Of a stretch of DNA of 64,000 bases, positions 63,647 through 64,000 are shown one piece after another. Position numbers and translations under genes: made by a program. The stretch is from Phoronis australis (taxonomy: Eukaryota; Animalia; Phoronida): assembly GCA_002633005.1 (NCBI GenBank), contig NMRA01000081.1, forward strand, positions 881,184 to 945,183. The letters are read 5' to 3'. The notes beneath the pieces are model-generated. The model was not told the DNA's origin. It searched no databases and saw only the letters and a program-made list of their open reading frames with translations. Position 1 is the first letter of the stretch; each line of letters begins with the position of its first letter.

Positions 63647-64000
63647 CGGTAAAGTCGCGTGATTTTCGGACACTGAAAATTAATTCCAATAGAAAAAATT
63701 CATTCTTGGACGAATCTCGCGAAATATCATTTTGTGGTGTCCGAATTCGGCGGACCTCCAAATTGGGTTTCCGCTAGTGTCCGAATTTCGTGGGTGTACA
63801 TTATTTCGATGAGCGGTCGTAGTATCAACAATGCTGGCTCGGTCATTTGATAGCAGTATAATTGCAGGTAAATGAGACTCAAATGGTCTGAGCGATTAAT
63901 TTTTGAAAATCTGGCTTTCCCAAATAAGAAATGTGCGTCGTCGACGCACAAAGACCGTTCCCAACAAGTGTTGGTTCTTCTTTTCAAAGATGTGCTTTCT
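63647..64000. mobile_element. Probable left end of a Tc1/mariner-type MITE, truncated by the window edge
   Basis: ta|cggtaaagtcgcgtgattttcggacac, followed by repeated gtgtccgaatt motifs. The right end is not visible. Confidence 0.45.

Overview
AT-rich, intron-rich animal genomic DNA, most likely an invertebrate (a lophotrochozoan is plausible but is only an inference). It is not prokaryotic, so most ORF-track entries are noise. I rebuilt four spliced genes by hand, with GT-AG junctions and continuous reading frames: (1) the 3' end of a tandem-TIR-domain protein (+, 141-5851); (2) a complete cation-type nicotinic acetylcholine receptor alpha-like subunit (+, 7960-24172); (3) a complete SLC17A9/VNUT vesicular nucleotide transporter (-, 29999-50145, 11 exons, 455 aa); (4) LTV1 (+, from about 50619, running off the window), head-to-head with SLC17A9. 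The introns hold many non-autonomous DNA transposons, minisatellites and one assembly gap. The most notable observations are: an in-frame 54-codon extra exon giving the nAChR an unusual Cys-paired N-terminal extension; a partly remodelled agonist pocket in the same subunit; a Glu-retaining plus Glu-to-Asp TIR pair; a Helentron-type element carrying about 10 co-oriented CTCF-like motifs; and a phase-compatible candidate upstream first exon for SLC17A9 lying antisense inside LTV1 intron 1. All calls were made by eye, with no database searches.
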